Source: Polyangium mundeleinium (GTDB taxonomy: Bacteria > Myxococcota_A > Polyangia > Polyangiales > Polyangiaceae). From it: a stretch of DNA of 64,000 nt. This document shows positions 38,801 through 47,276 of this stretch, one piece after another. Position 1 is the stretch's first letter; every line of letters begins with the position of its first letter. The translations under genes and the position numbers were made by a program. Location of the stretch: positions 1,715,711 through 1,779,710 of the forward strand of contig NZ_JAQNDO010000001.1 in NCBI RefSeq assembly GCF_028369105.1. Reading direction: 5' to 3'. Below the pieces are notes generated by a model. That model ran no database searches. It was not told the DNA's origin and saw only the letters and a list, made by a program, of their open reading frames with translations.

Positions 38801-41800
38801 CTTTCGCTCGTCGAGCGCGCCGTGGCCGCAGACGGCGACATCGACGAGTACGACACGCTCGTCGAGCTTGCGCCCGTGGCCGCCGCGGGCGACGCGGCGG
38901 CGACCCGCGCCTTTCTCGAATCCTTGCTGCTCGCCGTCGCGAAGCCGTACGCCAGCGTCGGCGTCGCGCTCCTTCGCCTCGGCGGCAAGCTCGCGCATGC
39001 GCTCGGTGATCCGCTGATCACGGGCACGCTCTTCGTGCAGGCGGCGCGCCGCGATCCGGAGGACGAGCTCCTCGTGAGCGACGCCGACGCGGCCGTGTTC
39101 GCCTCGGGCGACGCGGCGCTGGCGCGTGACCTCGACGCGGCTGTCGCTCCGGATGCCCGGCTCGCGGCCCTGCTCCATGTCGCCGAGCGCAAGGAGCGCG
39201 AGGGCAACTTTGCCGAGTCGATCGAGACGCTCGAGCGCGCCTTGCGATCCCCGAGCATCACGCCCGAGCAACGCGAGGCCGCGCTCTCCAGCATGCGCCG
39301 GCTCTTCGTCCTGTCCGAGCGCGCGAGCGAGGCCGAGGCCGTGCTCGCCTCCGAGCTCGCGCGCCAGGACCTCGGTCCGATGTCCCGCGTGCGCATCGCG
39401 GTCGACCTCTCGACCATGCTCGCGGGCCGCGGCGAGGACGCGGCCGCGCTCGACGTCCTGAAGCGCATCCTCCAGGACAGCGAGCCGACCGACGAGCTCC
39501 TCGCGACCACGTTGCGCCTCGCGCGCCGCACGGGCGATCGCCCCGCGCAGGTCGCGCTCTTGAACCTCCAGCTCCAGCGAACCGACGACGCCGTCGCGCG
39601 CGCGGCCATCCTGCGTGAGCTCGCGGCGCTGCTCGAAGCGCTCGGTGATCACAAGGCCGGCGTTGCGCACCTCAAGGCTGCGAGCGAGCTCGCGCCCGAC
39701 AACGAGGAGGCCCTCGAAGGGCTCGAAGCACACGCGGCCTCGCAGGGCGATCACGCCGCTGTCGCCGACATCCTTGGCAAGCGTATCGCCGCTGCATCGA
39801 CGCCCGATCTTCGCCGCACGCTCCGCCTGCGCCGCGCCGCCGTCCTCGAGCAGCGCCTCGGCCGCCTGGAGGACGCCTGCGCCGAGCTCGACGCGCTCCT
39901 CGCGGAGACGCCCGACGATCCGAGCGCGCTCCGCTTCCTCGCCGACATCCACGAGCGACTCGGATCGCCCCTCCGGGCTGCACCCCTCTGGCAGCGCCTC
40001 GGCGAGCTCTCCGCGAAGACCGACGAGCGCGCCGAGTACGGCATCCGTGCCGCGAACGACTGGCTCGCGGGCGGCAATGCCCAGGCCGCGCGCAACATCC
40101 TGGAGAGCATCGCGCCCATCGCCGCGCGGGACGCCGTGATCGAGCTGCGCGTCGCGATCGCGCGCCACCAGGGCGATGCCCGCACCCTCTCCGAAGCCCT
40201 CGATCAGCTCGCCACCGCCTCCCGCGAGCCCGCGGACAAACGCGCGAGTTACCTCGTCGAGGCGGCGCGCGCCTCCTCCTCGACCGGCGACGAGGCCACC
40301 GCCCTCGACCGCGTCCGCCGCGCCGTTCGTCTCGCTCCGCACTCGGCCGAGGCTGTCCTCGAAGCGCGCCGCCTCGAATACCGCGCGCGTGGCGGCGGCA
40401 CGCCTCGCGAAGCGCAACACGCCATCGACGAGCTCATGCGCATCGCCGAGCACCTCACGCCCGAGCAGATGGAGCTCCAGGCGTTCCTGCTCGCCGAGGA
40501 GCTCGACGTCATCCAGGGCGGCGGCGCCGGCATGCGTGAGCTCTCGCGCCGACATGCCGCGTTCGGCCCGGCTCCGCTCATCGCCCTCGGCATGGCCGAG
40601 CGCCTCGTGCGCAACAAGAACTTCGACGCGGCCTTGCCCCTCTTCGAACGCGCCTTGAGCGGCGACCTCCGTGGCCTCCGCAGCCGTGGCCGTGTCGCCC
40701 TCGCCGCGGCGGATGCGGCCCTCTCTGCGGGCCAGCTCGAGACCGCCTCGCGCCTCCTCGACACGGCCGCCGTCGAGCCCGACACCCGCCCGATCGCGAT
40801 GCGCAAGAAGCTCGAGTTCGTCGCGGGATACGGCGAGCCCGAGGCCGCGCGCGCCGCCCTCTTCGACCTCATCCGCCAGAGCGCCGGCCTCGATCGCGCC
40901 CGCTTCCTCTACCAGCTCGGCCGCCTCGTCGTCGCCACCGATCCCGACGAGGCCATCCGCCTCTACGCCGACGCCTTCCCGCTCGCCGCTCCCGATCGCA
41001 ACCTCGCCGCGCAGATCGCCGAGGAGCTCGCCCATGCGCGGAAGCCGCGCCTCATCGTCGAGCCCTCCGAGCCGCCGCCTCCTCCTCCTCCGCCCCACGC
41101 GCCCATCGCCGACGACGGCCAGGCTCTCGTCTTCGACCTCGAAGAGGCCTTCGACAACGCGTTCGACGACGCGGTCGACGACGACGACGACATCCCGATC
41201 CCCCTCGCGGCGAGCGCGATCCGCTCCATGCCGACGGGCCTCCGCCCGCCGCCGCCCGCGGAAAAGCCTCCTCCCGCGCCGATCGTCGAAGAGCCTCCGC
41301 CGCCCGCGCAGCCCCGTGCTCGCACCGCGCCTCCGGCCCCGGCCCCGGGCGGCGGACCTGCGCGCGAGACGGCGCTCTTCGAGCAGCTCATGGCCGGCTC
41401 GTACGACGCGGGCGAGCGCCTCGTCGAGCTCTACGGCGCGAACGCCGAGGCGCGCTCGCGTGACCTCCTCGTCGTCCGCAAGCACCAGGCGTCGCTCCGT
41501 CCCGGCGATCGAACCACGCTCCAGAAGCTCCACGAGGCTGCGCTGCTCGACCGCAACGGCGCCTATGCCCGCGCCGTCGACCACGTCCTCGCCGGCTTCG
41601 ATCCGGCTGGCCGCGCCGTCGCGCCTCCTGCGCTCTCGGCCCTCGCTTCTGCGCCCGAGCTCGTCCTCGCGCTCCTCTTCCGCAACGTCGAGAGCCCCAT
41701 CAACGAGGCCCTCGCCATCACCTGGGAGACCGGCCGTTACCGCCGCGAGCCGAGCCACTACGGCCTCACCGGCGCCCTCCGCGTCCAGCCTGGCGCGCCC

Positions 41801-42511
41801 ACCGTCCTCGGCGACGTGTGGGGCTCCGTCACGCGTGTTTTCGGCGCTGCCCGCACCCCGCTCTTCCATCGCCGCGCGCCCGCCGGCGCCCCGAGCCAGG
41901 CCGCCGCCCTTGGCGTCCAGGTCGCGCTCCTCGCGCCGCCGGCCGTCGTCCTTTCCGGCGAGATCCGCGAGGAGACCCCGGAGCTTCGTTACCTCCTCGG
42001 CGCCTCCATCGCCGGCGCCATGCCCGAGCACGTCCTCGTCCGCCTCCCCGAGGAGCACCTCCTCACGCTCATCGAGGCCCTCCGCGCCGCCTTTGGCCCC
42101 GTGGGCCCCACCGGCGGCACCGACCCCGGCGTCGCGCGCCTTGGCCAGGACCTCTGGCAAATCGTCCCACCCCGTGGGGACCGCCGCCTCCGCGAGATCT
42201 TCGCCCAGCCCGACGGCATCACCTACGAGGCCGCCATGGAAAGCGCCCGCCGCGCCGCCCGCCGCGCCGGCCTCTTTGCGAGCGGCGACCTCCCCACGGC
42301 GCTTCGCCTCGTCGTCGCCGAGCTCAAGCTCGAGCTCGACGCGCCTCTCACCGCCGAGGGGGGCCTCGCGCGGGCTTGCGCGGCGCACCCGGCCCTCGCC
42401 GATCTCGTTCGACTCGCCACGCGTAGCGAGTATGCCGAGGCCCGCTTCCGCGCGGCGCCTTCCACCGAAGGGAACAAGAACGGACCGCCGAGCCGCTTTC
42501 GTGGCACTTGA
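35813..42511 (+). CDS. Giant (2232 aa) cytoplasmic Ala/Leu-rich helical-repeat (TPR-like) protein with an internal poly-Pro/acidic segment. Possibly an AgmK/GltI-like scaffold.
   Basis: The 6.7-kb ORF is continuous with high GC3. It has no signal peptide or TM helix. TPR-like WLAGLGEP...-type repeats occur throughout. Around residue 1750 the segment reads SEPPPPPPPPHAPIADD...DDAVDDDDDIPIP...PPPPAEKPPPAPIVEEPPPPAQP. The antisense ORFs across it are Arg-rich artefacts. Confidence 0.8.
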   Translation: MSYFSATDEDAAPVARRATMPPPELADRSAPTSAGSLVLEANRTEEPIQRHHGPRAEIAHLRGVVARCREAGDVAGEREAASTLARLLASRETELDTAVNVARRALELGEDEALRSELAEWLAGLGEPIAAADVLRASCDPSRPASSAQALLKIAVLLARGANPKGAAEALKEAAAFDSSQPMPLELVGTIAAWAQDAIPKADAAAGYLTAAARHEALEDADSALEDRLRAFEIAPEDEMAANTMVDALAARGAAGAADEALRDHALAAFQTNRYRARQVHLRRVSRALDEGNAARAIAAVLDAGIVAEVESDLGLLADRAVALASLDGIASVRRELRQKGGSIASIAARAKGSEVAAAALLQATLGASKERERADALVQIAAETSGEISASLLAVAAEGYLGLGIASLARRTAEDACLTDPGSARALSALAKATIAMPDLDAAMAVEGGASTMLIRSSLCEGLAKSFEAVGEMALAVTWTQRWLALRPGCPNAMRELVRLASQAYDPDRLEDALGWVLAQPRPLDDMASLFGDALALLFELDAPRAIDVGRRALDMYGPRVPGLRGRLLAMSDRAEDVALGVILLERLVSADTKNERTIERLFDLAQRRAVAEDWDGAAAELARAAAKGAESRHLHEHLDALDDKMQQSGASLGSDGLVAFVEARVHALGDLVDGPEQSALENLSSGLRDLGAVRWDLAQDSAGAEDAFWRAAVAAPRGGMERYARDLVTFAGPAAALDAIVRRSETLTSEPRRRASLLIEAANLAVANGLPKRALEIGASAIQIDPSRAEAVAIVERSSAVEGGIDVLDRTYDVLAAAALGCYGRRAAHYRGARQLERRGAIEAALRHAVACFEAVPSEGTSYFLMARLAERGGNPTEAIRAIERVAESVDGGVRAAWLKRAASLAKAAGEGSRMRFDLLLRALSARPDLGTVEEIGEALRKLIASVSHVGPLVARFETAALAALKRTDGPDGARAAVALARVALGILGAHAFGLSLVERAVAADGDIDEYDTLVELAPVAAAGDAAATRAFLESLLLAVAKPYASVGVALLRLGGKLAHALGDPLITGTLFVQAARRDPEDELLVSDADAAVFASGDAALARDLDAAVAPDARLAALLHVAERKEREGNFAESIETLERALRSPSITPEQREAALSSMRRLFVLSERASEAEAVLASELARQDLGPMSRVRIAVDLSTMLAGRGEDAAALDVLKRILQDSEPTDELLATTLRLARRTGDRPAQVALLNLQLQRTDDAVARAAILRELAALLEALGDHKAGVAHLKAASELAPDNEEALEGLEAHAASQGDHAAVADILGKRIAAASTPDLRRTLRLRRAAVLEQRLGRLEDACAELDALLAETPDDPSALRFLADIHERLGSPLRAAPLWQRLGELSAKTDERAEYGIRAANDWLAGGNAQAARNILESIAPIAARDAVIELRVAIARHQGDARTLSEALDQLATASREPADKRASYLVEAARASSSTGDEATALDRVRRAVRLAPHSAEAVLEARRLEYRARGGGTPREAQHAIDELMRIAEHLTPEQMELQAFLLAEELDVIQGGGAGMRELSRRHAAFGPAPLIALGMAERLVRNKNFDAALPLFERALSGDLRGLRSRGRVALAAADAALSAGQLETASRLLDTAAVEPDTRPIAMRKKLEFVAGYGEPEAARAALFDLIRQSAGLDRARFLYQLGRLVVATDPDEAIRLYADAFPLAAPDRNLAAQIAEELAHARKPRLIVEPSEPPPPPPPPHAPIADDGQALVFDLEEAFDNAFDDAVDDDDDIPIPLAASAIRSMPTGLRPPPPAEKPPPAPIVEEPPPPAQPRARTAPPAPAPGGGPARETALFEQLMAGSYDAGERLVELYGANAEARSRDLLVVRKHQASLRPGDRTTLQKLHEAALLDRNGAYARAVDHVLAGFDPAGRAVAPPALSALASAPELVLALLFRNVESPINEALAITWETGRYRREPSHYGLTGALRVQPGAPTVLGDVWGSVTRVFGAARTPLFHRRAPAGAPSQAAALGVQVALLAPPAVVLSGEIREETPELRYLLGASIAGAMPEHVLVRLPEEHLLTLIEALRAAFGPVGPTGGTDPGVARLGQDLWQIVPPRGDRRLREIFAQPDGITYEAAMESARRAARRAGLFASGDLPTALRLVVAELKLELDAPLTAEGGLARACAAHPALADLVRLATRSEYAEARFRAAPSTEGNKNGPPSRFRGT

Positions 42512-42541
42512 TGGAGGGGCTCGCGCGGCGACCGTTACGCC

Positions 42542-43309
42542 GTGCCCCTGCCCGAAAAGGAGGTGCCCTTGCTCGTCGCTCGTCCGCTCTCGCCCGCCCT
42601 CTCGCCCGCGCTGGAGGCTCTCCACGACCTGACAGCGCTGTCAGGGGTGCGGCGCCGTCCGTCTTTGCCTGAAGGCCATTTCCTGGGCCTCGGTGCGCTG
42701 GCCCGAAGATCGCTTCAGGCGTTCTTGCTCGCCGTGCTCGCGCCGGGTTGCCTCGTCACCGCGGAGCCCGTCACGTACGAGCCTCAGCAGACACCGCCGA
42801 TTCTCGTCGCCTCGGGCCTCGACCCCGATCCGCGCTCCATCTTGCTCGTGGGCGGCGACCTCGGCTTGCCCGAATTTCCGATCGCCGCGTCGGTCGCGTC
42901 CGAGGACGCGGGTGAATCCGTCAAGGTCGCCCTTTACGTCGATTACGGTGAAATGAACCCCGTCAACCAACCGTTTCGGTTTTCATTTCCGAATTTCCAG
43001 GAGCTACCGGCGGCGACCCTGGCGGATGGCCCACGCCCGCTCGTGGGGGTTCGTTGGAACTCCAAGGTTTATCCGCTCGATCCGGGCTGCCATCGGCTCA
43101 CGCTCGTGGTCACGCACGAGTTCGACACGCGGACGGGCTGCCCCAAGGATCTCCGGGATTCAAGCCAGATCACCTGGCAATTTCGGCAATGCGGCGTGGG
43201 GGACTGTCCTCCGATTCTGGAAAACTGCCCCTCCACCACAGCTAGCTGTCCGCTCGATCCCACGGCGGTGACGAGCGACATGAACGACGCCGGGACCACG
43301 GGAGGTTGA
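42542..43309 (+). CDS. Hypothetical lipoprotein (255 aa).
   Basis: The lipobox is LAVLAPG|C. Composition is unbiased, with a Cys-rich C-terminus (CGVGDCPPILENCPSTTASC). It lies 31 nt downstream of the giant gene. Confidence 0.55.
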   Translation: MPLPEKEVPLLVARPLSPALSPALEALHDLTALSGVRRRPSLPEGHFLGLGALARRSLQAFLLAVLAPGCLVTAEPVTYEPQQTPPILVASGLDPDPRSILLVGGDLGLPEFPIAASVASEDAGESVKVALYVDYGEMNPVNQPFRFSFPNFQELPAATLADGPRPLVGVRWNSKVYPLDPGCHRLTLVVTHEFDTRTGCPKDLRDSSQITWQFRQCGVGDCPPILENCPSTTASCPLDPTAVTSDMNDAGTTGG

Positions 43310-45087
43310 CCTTGAAACGCGCCTTCTTCTTGACTTCAACTATCTTCCTGCTAACAGCCGTGCCCGCCCTCTCTGGATGCTTCGTGCTCGGGGGGGCCGA
43401 CGCGGAAGCCGTGAATGCTTGCTCCTCCGACGAGGACTGCGAAGGCGGCGGCGTCTGCGCCAGCGTCGACGGCCTCCAGACCTGCGTCGGGACCAAGGCC
43501 GATCTCCCCGGGCTCATCCTCGAAGTGCGCCCCACGGCCGAGGCGAACTCTGGCGCCAACACGCCCTACCTCGTGCCTTTCGGCGGCGAGGGCTTCGTCG
43601 CGCAGTCGAGCGCGGGCCTCGTCGTCGATCACGACATCGCGCTCTCGCACGTCGTCGTCTCGCCGATCGAGCTCTTCGTCGACTACGACTACAAGGGCTG
43701 CCCCGTCTCGCCCGAGGGCAAACTCGAAGCGGATTTCACCTTCTACCGCGACGCGCAGCACGCGGGCCTGCCCGATCACGAGGCCAAGGCCGTCATCCAG
43801 CCGGGCAGCACGAACGCCTACTCGGTCGAGATCCCACCCGGCATCTACGACGTGCACGTCGTCCCGCGCGCCCCCGAGAACTGCCCCGCGCCTCCGCCGC
43901 CGCCCATGTACTACCGTGGCATCGACCTCTCGCAGGGCGGCAAGATCGACCTCCACCTCTCCGCCGCGCCGCGCGTCATCTCCGGCAGCATCGCCTTCCC
44001 CGAGGGCAAGGACTTGAACGGCTGGTCGATCGAGGTCGTCGAGCCCAAGCACGGCATCCCCGTCTCGCGCACGCAGGTCCTCACGGTCGATCCGCCCTTC
44101 GCGCTCTTCACGACCTACAACCTCGAATACTACTGGGACTTCAGCCTCGAAAGCTCGCCCATCCTCCGCCTCCGGCCGCCGCCCGACGACCCCGACGCGC
44201 CCAAGTTCTTCTGGCAGGTCGCCTCGCTCAGCCCCCTCAACCCCGACAGCAAGAACATCCAGGCCGACCTCACCCTCATCGACCTCGACGCCGTCGGCCG
44301 CAGCGTCATGTCGACCGTCGTCGATGCCCACGGCGCGCCCGTCGTCGCGACCGTCTCCTTCCGCAGCCTCGAGCTCTCCGGCAACGCCTCGAACAGCGCC
44401 ATCTACAGCGCCGTCGTCGACACCGACACCGAGGGACGCTTCACCGCGCTCCTCCCGCCCGGCAAGTACCGCGTCACCACGCACCCCACGTTCGACCTCA
44501 CGAAGGCCGTCACCACCGAGGACGGCTTCGAGGTCCCCGCCGATGGCGACTGCGTCTGCGGCAAGGGTTTTACGGTCCGGGACAAGTCCGTCGTCTCCGG
44601 CGAGGTCGTTCTGCCGAACGGCAGCCCGCTCTCGTTCGGCTCCGCCTCCGTCTTCCCCTCGCGCACGCCTGCGCGCCCGTACCTCTCGCGCAGCCTCCTC
44701 GCCGACGCGCCTGCCTCGCAGCCCATGTCGACGCCGCTCGGCTTCGTGGGCGAGTTCTCCTTGCTCGCCGATCCGGGGCTCGCGGATCTGGTCGTCATCC
44801 CGCCGCCCGACTCGCTCTACCCGTGGATCGCGAATCCGCAGGTCAAGATCCTCGTCGGCCAGCCCTTCGACTTCAACACGCTCGTCCTCCCGTACCCCGT
44901 CGTGCTCCGCGGCGAGGTCCGTGATCCTCTTGGCAAGATCGTACCGAACGCGACCGTCCGCGCGTGGATGCCCGTCACGGCCTCGGGCACCCAAGAGACC
45001 GTGGTGATTCAGATTGCGGAGGGAGCCACGGATTTCGCGGGCCGCTACAAGTTGCCTCTCGCTCCGTCCCTCGCGCTTTCGAGGTAG
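43306..45087 (+). CDS. Hypothetical lipoprotein (593 aa) with carboxypeptidase-regulatory-like / Ig-like beta domains.
   Basis: The signal peptide and lipobox read TAVPALSG|CFV. The N-terminal region is Cys-rich, and repeated PPGxYxV blocks occur (IPPGIYDVHVVP, LPPGKYRVTTHP). The ATG overlaps the upstream stop. Confidence 0.65.
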   Translation: MTLKRAFFLTSTIFLLTAVPALSGCFVLGGADAEAVNACSSDEDCEGGGVCASVDGLQTCVGTKADLPGLILEVRPTAEANSGANTPYLVPFGGEGFVAQSSAGLVVDHDIALSHVVVSPIELFVDYDYKGCPVSPEGKLEADFTFYRDAQHAGLPDHEAKAVIQPGSTNAYSVEIPPGIYDVHVVPRAPENCPAPPPPPMYYRGIDLSQGGKIDLHLSAAPRVISGSIAFPEGKDLNGWSIEVVEPKHGIPVSRTQVLTVDPPFALFTTYNLEYYWDFSLESSPILRLRPPPDDPDAPKFFWQVASLSPLNPDSKNIQADLTLIDLDAVGRSVMSTVVDAHGAPVVATVSFRSLELSGNASNSAIYSAVVDTDTEGRFTALLPPGKYRVTTHPTFDLTKAVTTEDGFEVPADGDCVCGKGFTVRDKSVVSGEVVLPNGSPLSFGSASVFPSRTPARPYLSRSLLADAPASQPMSTPLGFVGEFSLLADPGLADLVVIPPPDSLYPWIANPQVKILVGQPFDFNTLVLPYPVVLRGEVRDPLGKIVPNATVRAWMPVTASGTQETVVIQIAEGATDFAGRYKLPLAPSLALSR

Positions 45088-45156
45088 GCGCGCGTGCTGT
45101 CTCGCGCCTGCGTCCCGGGGGTACACGCTCGCCTCGGTCCGGGATAGGCTGGAGGC

Positions 45157-46320
45157 GTGGCGGAGTCCGACACCGGTGGTAAGGACGAGACGGCGCGCGG
45201 ACGAGGGTCATCGCAGGAGGCGAGCCGCGGGCCCTTGGCCGACAAAGAGAGCCTGCGGATCGACGTCGAGCAGGCGTTGCGACGCCCGACCGATCGAGAC
45301 CTCGCGGGCGTCCTCCATGAGGTCTCGAACGCGCTCACCGTGGTGCTTGGATGGATCGATCGCGCGCGTGGCGAGATCGACTCTCTCCCCACCGTCGAGG
45401 ACGCGCTCGCCATCGCGGCATCACGCGCGCGTCACGCAAGGCAGATCGTTCGTCGCGCCATCGGCGCCGACGTACCGGACGATGCGCCCGCGTCGGTCGC
45501 GACGATCCTCGCCGAGGCGGCGAAGGGCTGCGAGCCCGAGGCCAAGCGTGGCGGCGTCGAGCTCCGCACCTCGCTCGACCCTGCGCTCGAAGCTGCGCAC
45601 CTGCCGGGCACCTCCGTCATCTTGCAGATCCTCACGAACCTCCTGCTGAACGCCGTCGCCGTCTCGCCATCGCGTGGCGCCGTGCTCCTCGACGCGACGC
45701 TCGACGGACCTGACGACGTCGTCTTCGGCGTGACCGACGAAGGCCCCGGCGTGCCTGTCGAGCGCCGCGCGAACTTGCTCGACGCGGGCGTCACCACGCG
45801 CGCGGGCGGCGCGGGCATCGGCCTTCGTTACGCGGCGGCGCTCGCGCGCGAGTCGGGTGGTTCGCTCTTGCTCGTGCGGGCCGAACCTTCGGCGCGGTTC
45901 GAGCTGCGCTGGCCTCGCCGTCCTTCCTCGCCGCCTGCGCCGCCGCACTCGAACCGCAAGCCGGCGATGGTCCTTGCGGGCCAACGTATCCTCGTCGTCG
46001 AGGACGACGACGCCGTCTTCGATCTGCTCGAAGCGGCGCTCGCGGCGCGTGGCGCGACCATCGTGCATGTGCGTAGGCGCGCTGAGCTCGCGGGCGCCTT
46101 GAAGACCGGCCGCGTCGACGCGGCTCTCTGCGACCTCTCGCCGTTTGGCGCGGACGTGCACGGCGCGCTCGACGAGATCCGCGAGACGAACCCTTCGGTG
46201 CGGATCGTCCTCATCTCGGGCAACGTGCGTGACCTGTCGGGTTTGCCCGCGTCCTTCGAGGTCAAGGCCGTGCGCAAGCCCTTCGAGATCGGCGAGATTG
46301 TCGCAGTGCTCACGGCATGA
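45157..46320 (+). CDS. Hybrid histidine kinase (HisKA-like - HATPase_c - receiver).
   Basis: The H-box reads LHEVSNALTVVLGW. The ATPase G-boxes are VTDEGPGVP and GIGLRYAAA. The C-terminal receiver has ILVVEDDDAVFDLL...AALCDLS. Confidence 0.75.
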   Translation: MAESDTGGKDETARGRGSSQEASRGPLADKESLRIDVEQALRRPTDRDLAGVLHEVSNALTVVLGWIDRARGEIDSLPTVEDALAIAASRARHARQIVRRAIGADVPDDAPASVATILAEAAKGCEPEAKRGGVELRTSLDPALEAAHLPGTSVILQILTNLLLNAVAVSPSRGAVLLDATLDGPDDVVFGVTDEGPGVPVERRANLLDAGVTTRAGGAGIGLRYAAALARESGGSLLLVRAEPSARFELRWPRRPSSPPAPPHSNRKPAMVLAGQRILVVEDDDAVFDLLEAALAARGATIVHVRRRAELAGALKTGRVDAALCDLSPFGADVHGALDEIRETNPSVRIVLISGNVRDLSGLPASFEVKAVRKPFEIGEIVAVLTA

Positions 46321-46352
46321 CGGACGACCTTGGGGGCCTCGAAAAAAAGTGG

Positions 46353-46380
46353 TTGACATTGGGGGCGAAGCGGGTAGGTT
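46353..46380 (+). promoter_or_regulatory. Putative sigma70-type promoter of the tRNA-Leu gene (TTGACA-N16-TAGGTT).
   Basis: ttgacattgggggcgaagcgggtaggtt lies in a locally AT-richer stretch about 25 nt upstream of the tRNA 5' end. Confidence 0.4.
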
Positions 46381-46407
46381 CCGTCGCCTCGAAGCAAGCG
46401 GTTCCGA

Positions 46408-46492
46408 GCGAAGGTGGCGGAATTGGCAGACGCACTAGCTTGAGGTGCTAGCGGGTAACACCGTGGGGGTTCAAGTCCCCCCCTTCGCACCC
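46408..46492 (+). tRNA. tRNA-Leu (anticodon GAG), class II with a long variable arm.
   Basis: The acceptor stem gcgaagg/ccttcgc is 7 bp. The D-arm is tggcggaattggcagacgc, the anticodon stem-loop is ctagc-ttGAGgt-gctag, and the T-arm is ggggg-ttcaagt-ccccc with discriminator A. It is near-identical in layout to E. coli tRNA-Leu. Confidence 0.9.
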
Positions 46493-46537
46493 CGAAGCGG
46501 CCCACACGGGCCGCGAGCCTGGTAAAGAAAGTGAAAA

Positions 46538-46568
46538 GGGCCGGTCACCGTAAGGTGCCGGCCTTTTT
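46538..46568 (+). terminator. Rho-independent terminator downstream of tRNA-Leu.
   Basis: The hairpin gggccggtcacc-gtaa-ggtgccggcc is followed by ttttt. It lies inside the artefactual N-terminal extension of track ORF 46531..47139. Confidence 0.6.
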
Positions 46569-46587
46569 CGCGTTTGGGGGTTTCGAC

Positions 46588-47139
46588 ATGTCCTTGCGTC
46601 TCCTGCGTCCGGCGTCCTTGTTCCTTGCGCTCGTGCCCCTCGCGCTCGTCGCTTGTGCGGCGGCCCCGCCGCCCGCGGAGGCCCCGACGACGGCGGTTGA
46701 CGTCGCGGCCGAGCCTGCTCCGCCGCCGCCCCCGTCGGCCACGGCATCGGCGAAGATCGCGTCGGATGACCTCCGGACCCCGGACGACGCCGAGACGGAG
46801 CTTGCTCGCTGGGAGATCTCCTTCCTCAACGTGATGGTCGTGGCGGACGAGGCAAAATCCTCCGCGGGGGGGGCTGCGCCGCCAGCGGCGCCCACGGATG
46901 CAGCGCGCAAGGCGCCCACCAAGCCCGTCACGCCCGAGTCGATGTCGGCGACGGGCAGCGAGGATTCGCCCTGCCATGGCGCGTGCCGCGCCTACGCCTC
47001 GATGAAACGTGCGGCCACGCGCCTCTGCGATCTCGCTGGAAAAGAGGACGATCGTTGCGCGGCTGCGCAGGCGCGCATCGATCGCGCGAACGAACGGCTC
47101 AAGGCGGCTTGCCCGCGGTGCGAGAGCCTTCGCGACTAG
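46588..47139 (+). CDS. Hypothetical lipoprotein (183 aa) with a Cys-rich C-terminal domain.
   Basis: The start is MSLRLLRPASLFLALVPLALVA|C (lipobox). A Pro/Ala-rich linker follows, and the C-terminus reads CHGACRAYASM...CDLAGKEDDRCAAAQARIDRANERLKAACPRC. Confidence 0.6.
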   Translation: MSLRLLRPASLFLALVPLALVACAAAPPPAEAPTTAVDVAAEPAPPPPPSATASAKIASDDLRTPDDAETELARWEISFLNVMVVADEAKSSAGGAAPPAAPTDAARKAPTKPVTPESMSATGSEDSPCHGACRAYASMKRAATRLCDLAGKEDDRCAAAQARIDRANERLKAACPRCESLRD

Positions 47140-47276
47140 TCAATTTTCCGTCGCTACATTCTCGTCGGACGATTCCAATCGTTGCTCTCGCTTTCGGGGG
47201 TTCCTAGGATTGCATTCGGACGCGCCCTCCCGTGCGTGTCCCCACGTCCTCGGACTTCCCAAAGCAAGGGTCAACG

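Noticed and set aside
36080-42625. Long minus-strand ORFs (760 aa and 1329 aa) antisense to the giant gene.
   Set aside because: They have extreme Arg content and are the reverse frame of a sense ORF with strong GC3 bias. The sense 2232-aa reading is the coding one.
46531-46587. The N-terminal 19 codons of track ORF 46531..47139 (MKRAGHRKVPAFFAFGGFD).
   Set aside because: This stretch contains the tRNA terminator hairpin and T-tract. The real lipoprotein start is the Met at 46588, with a proper signal peptide.
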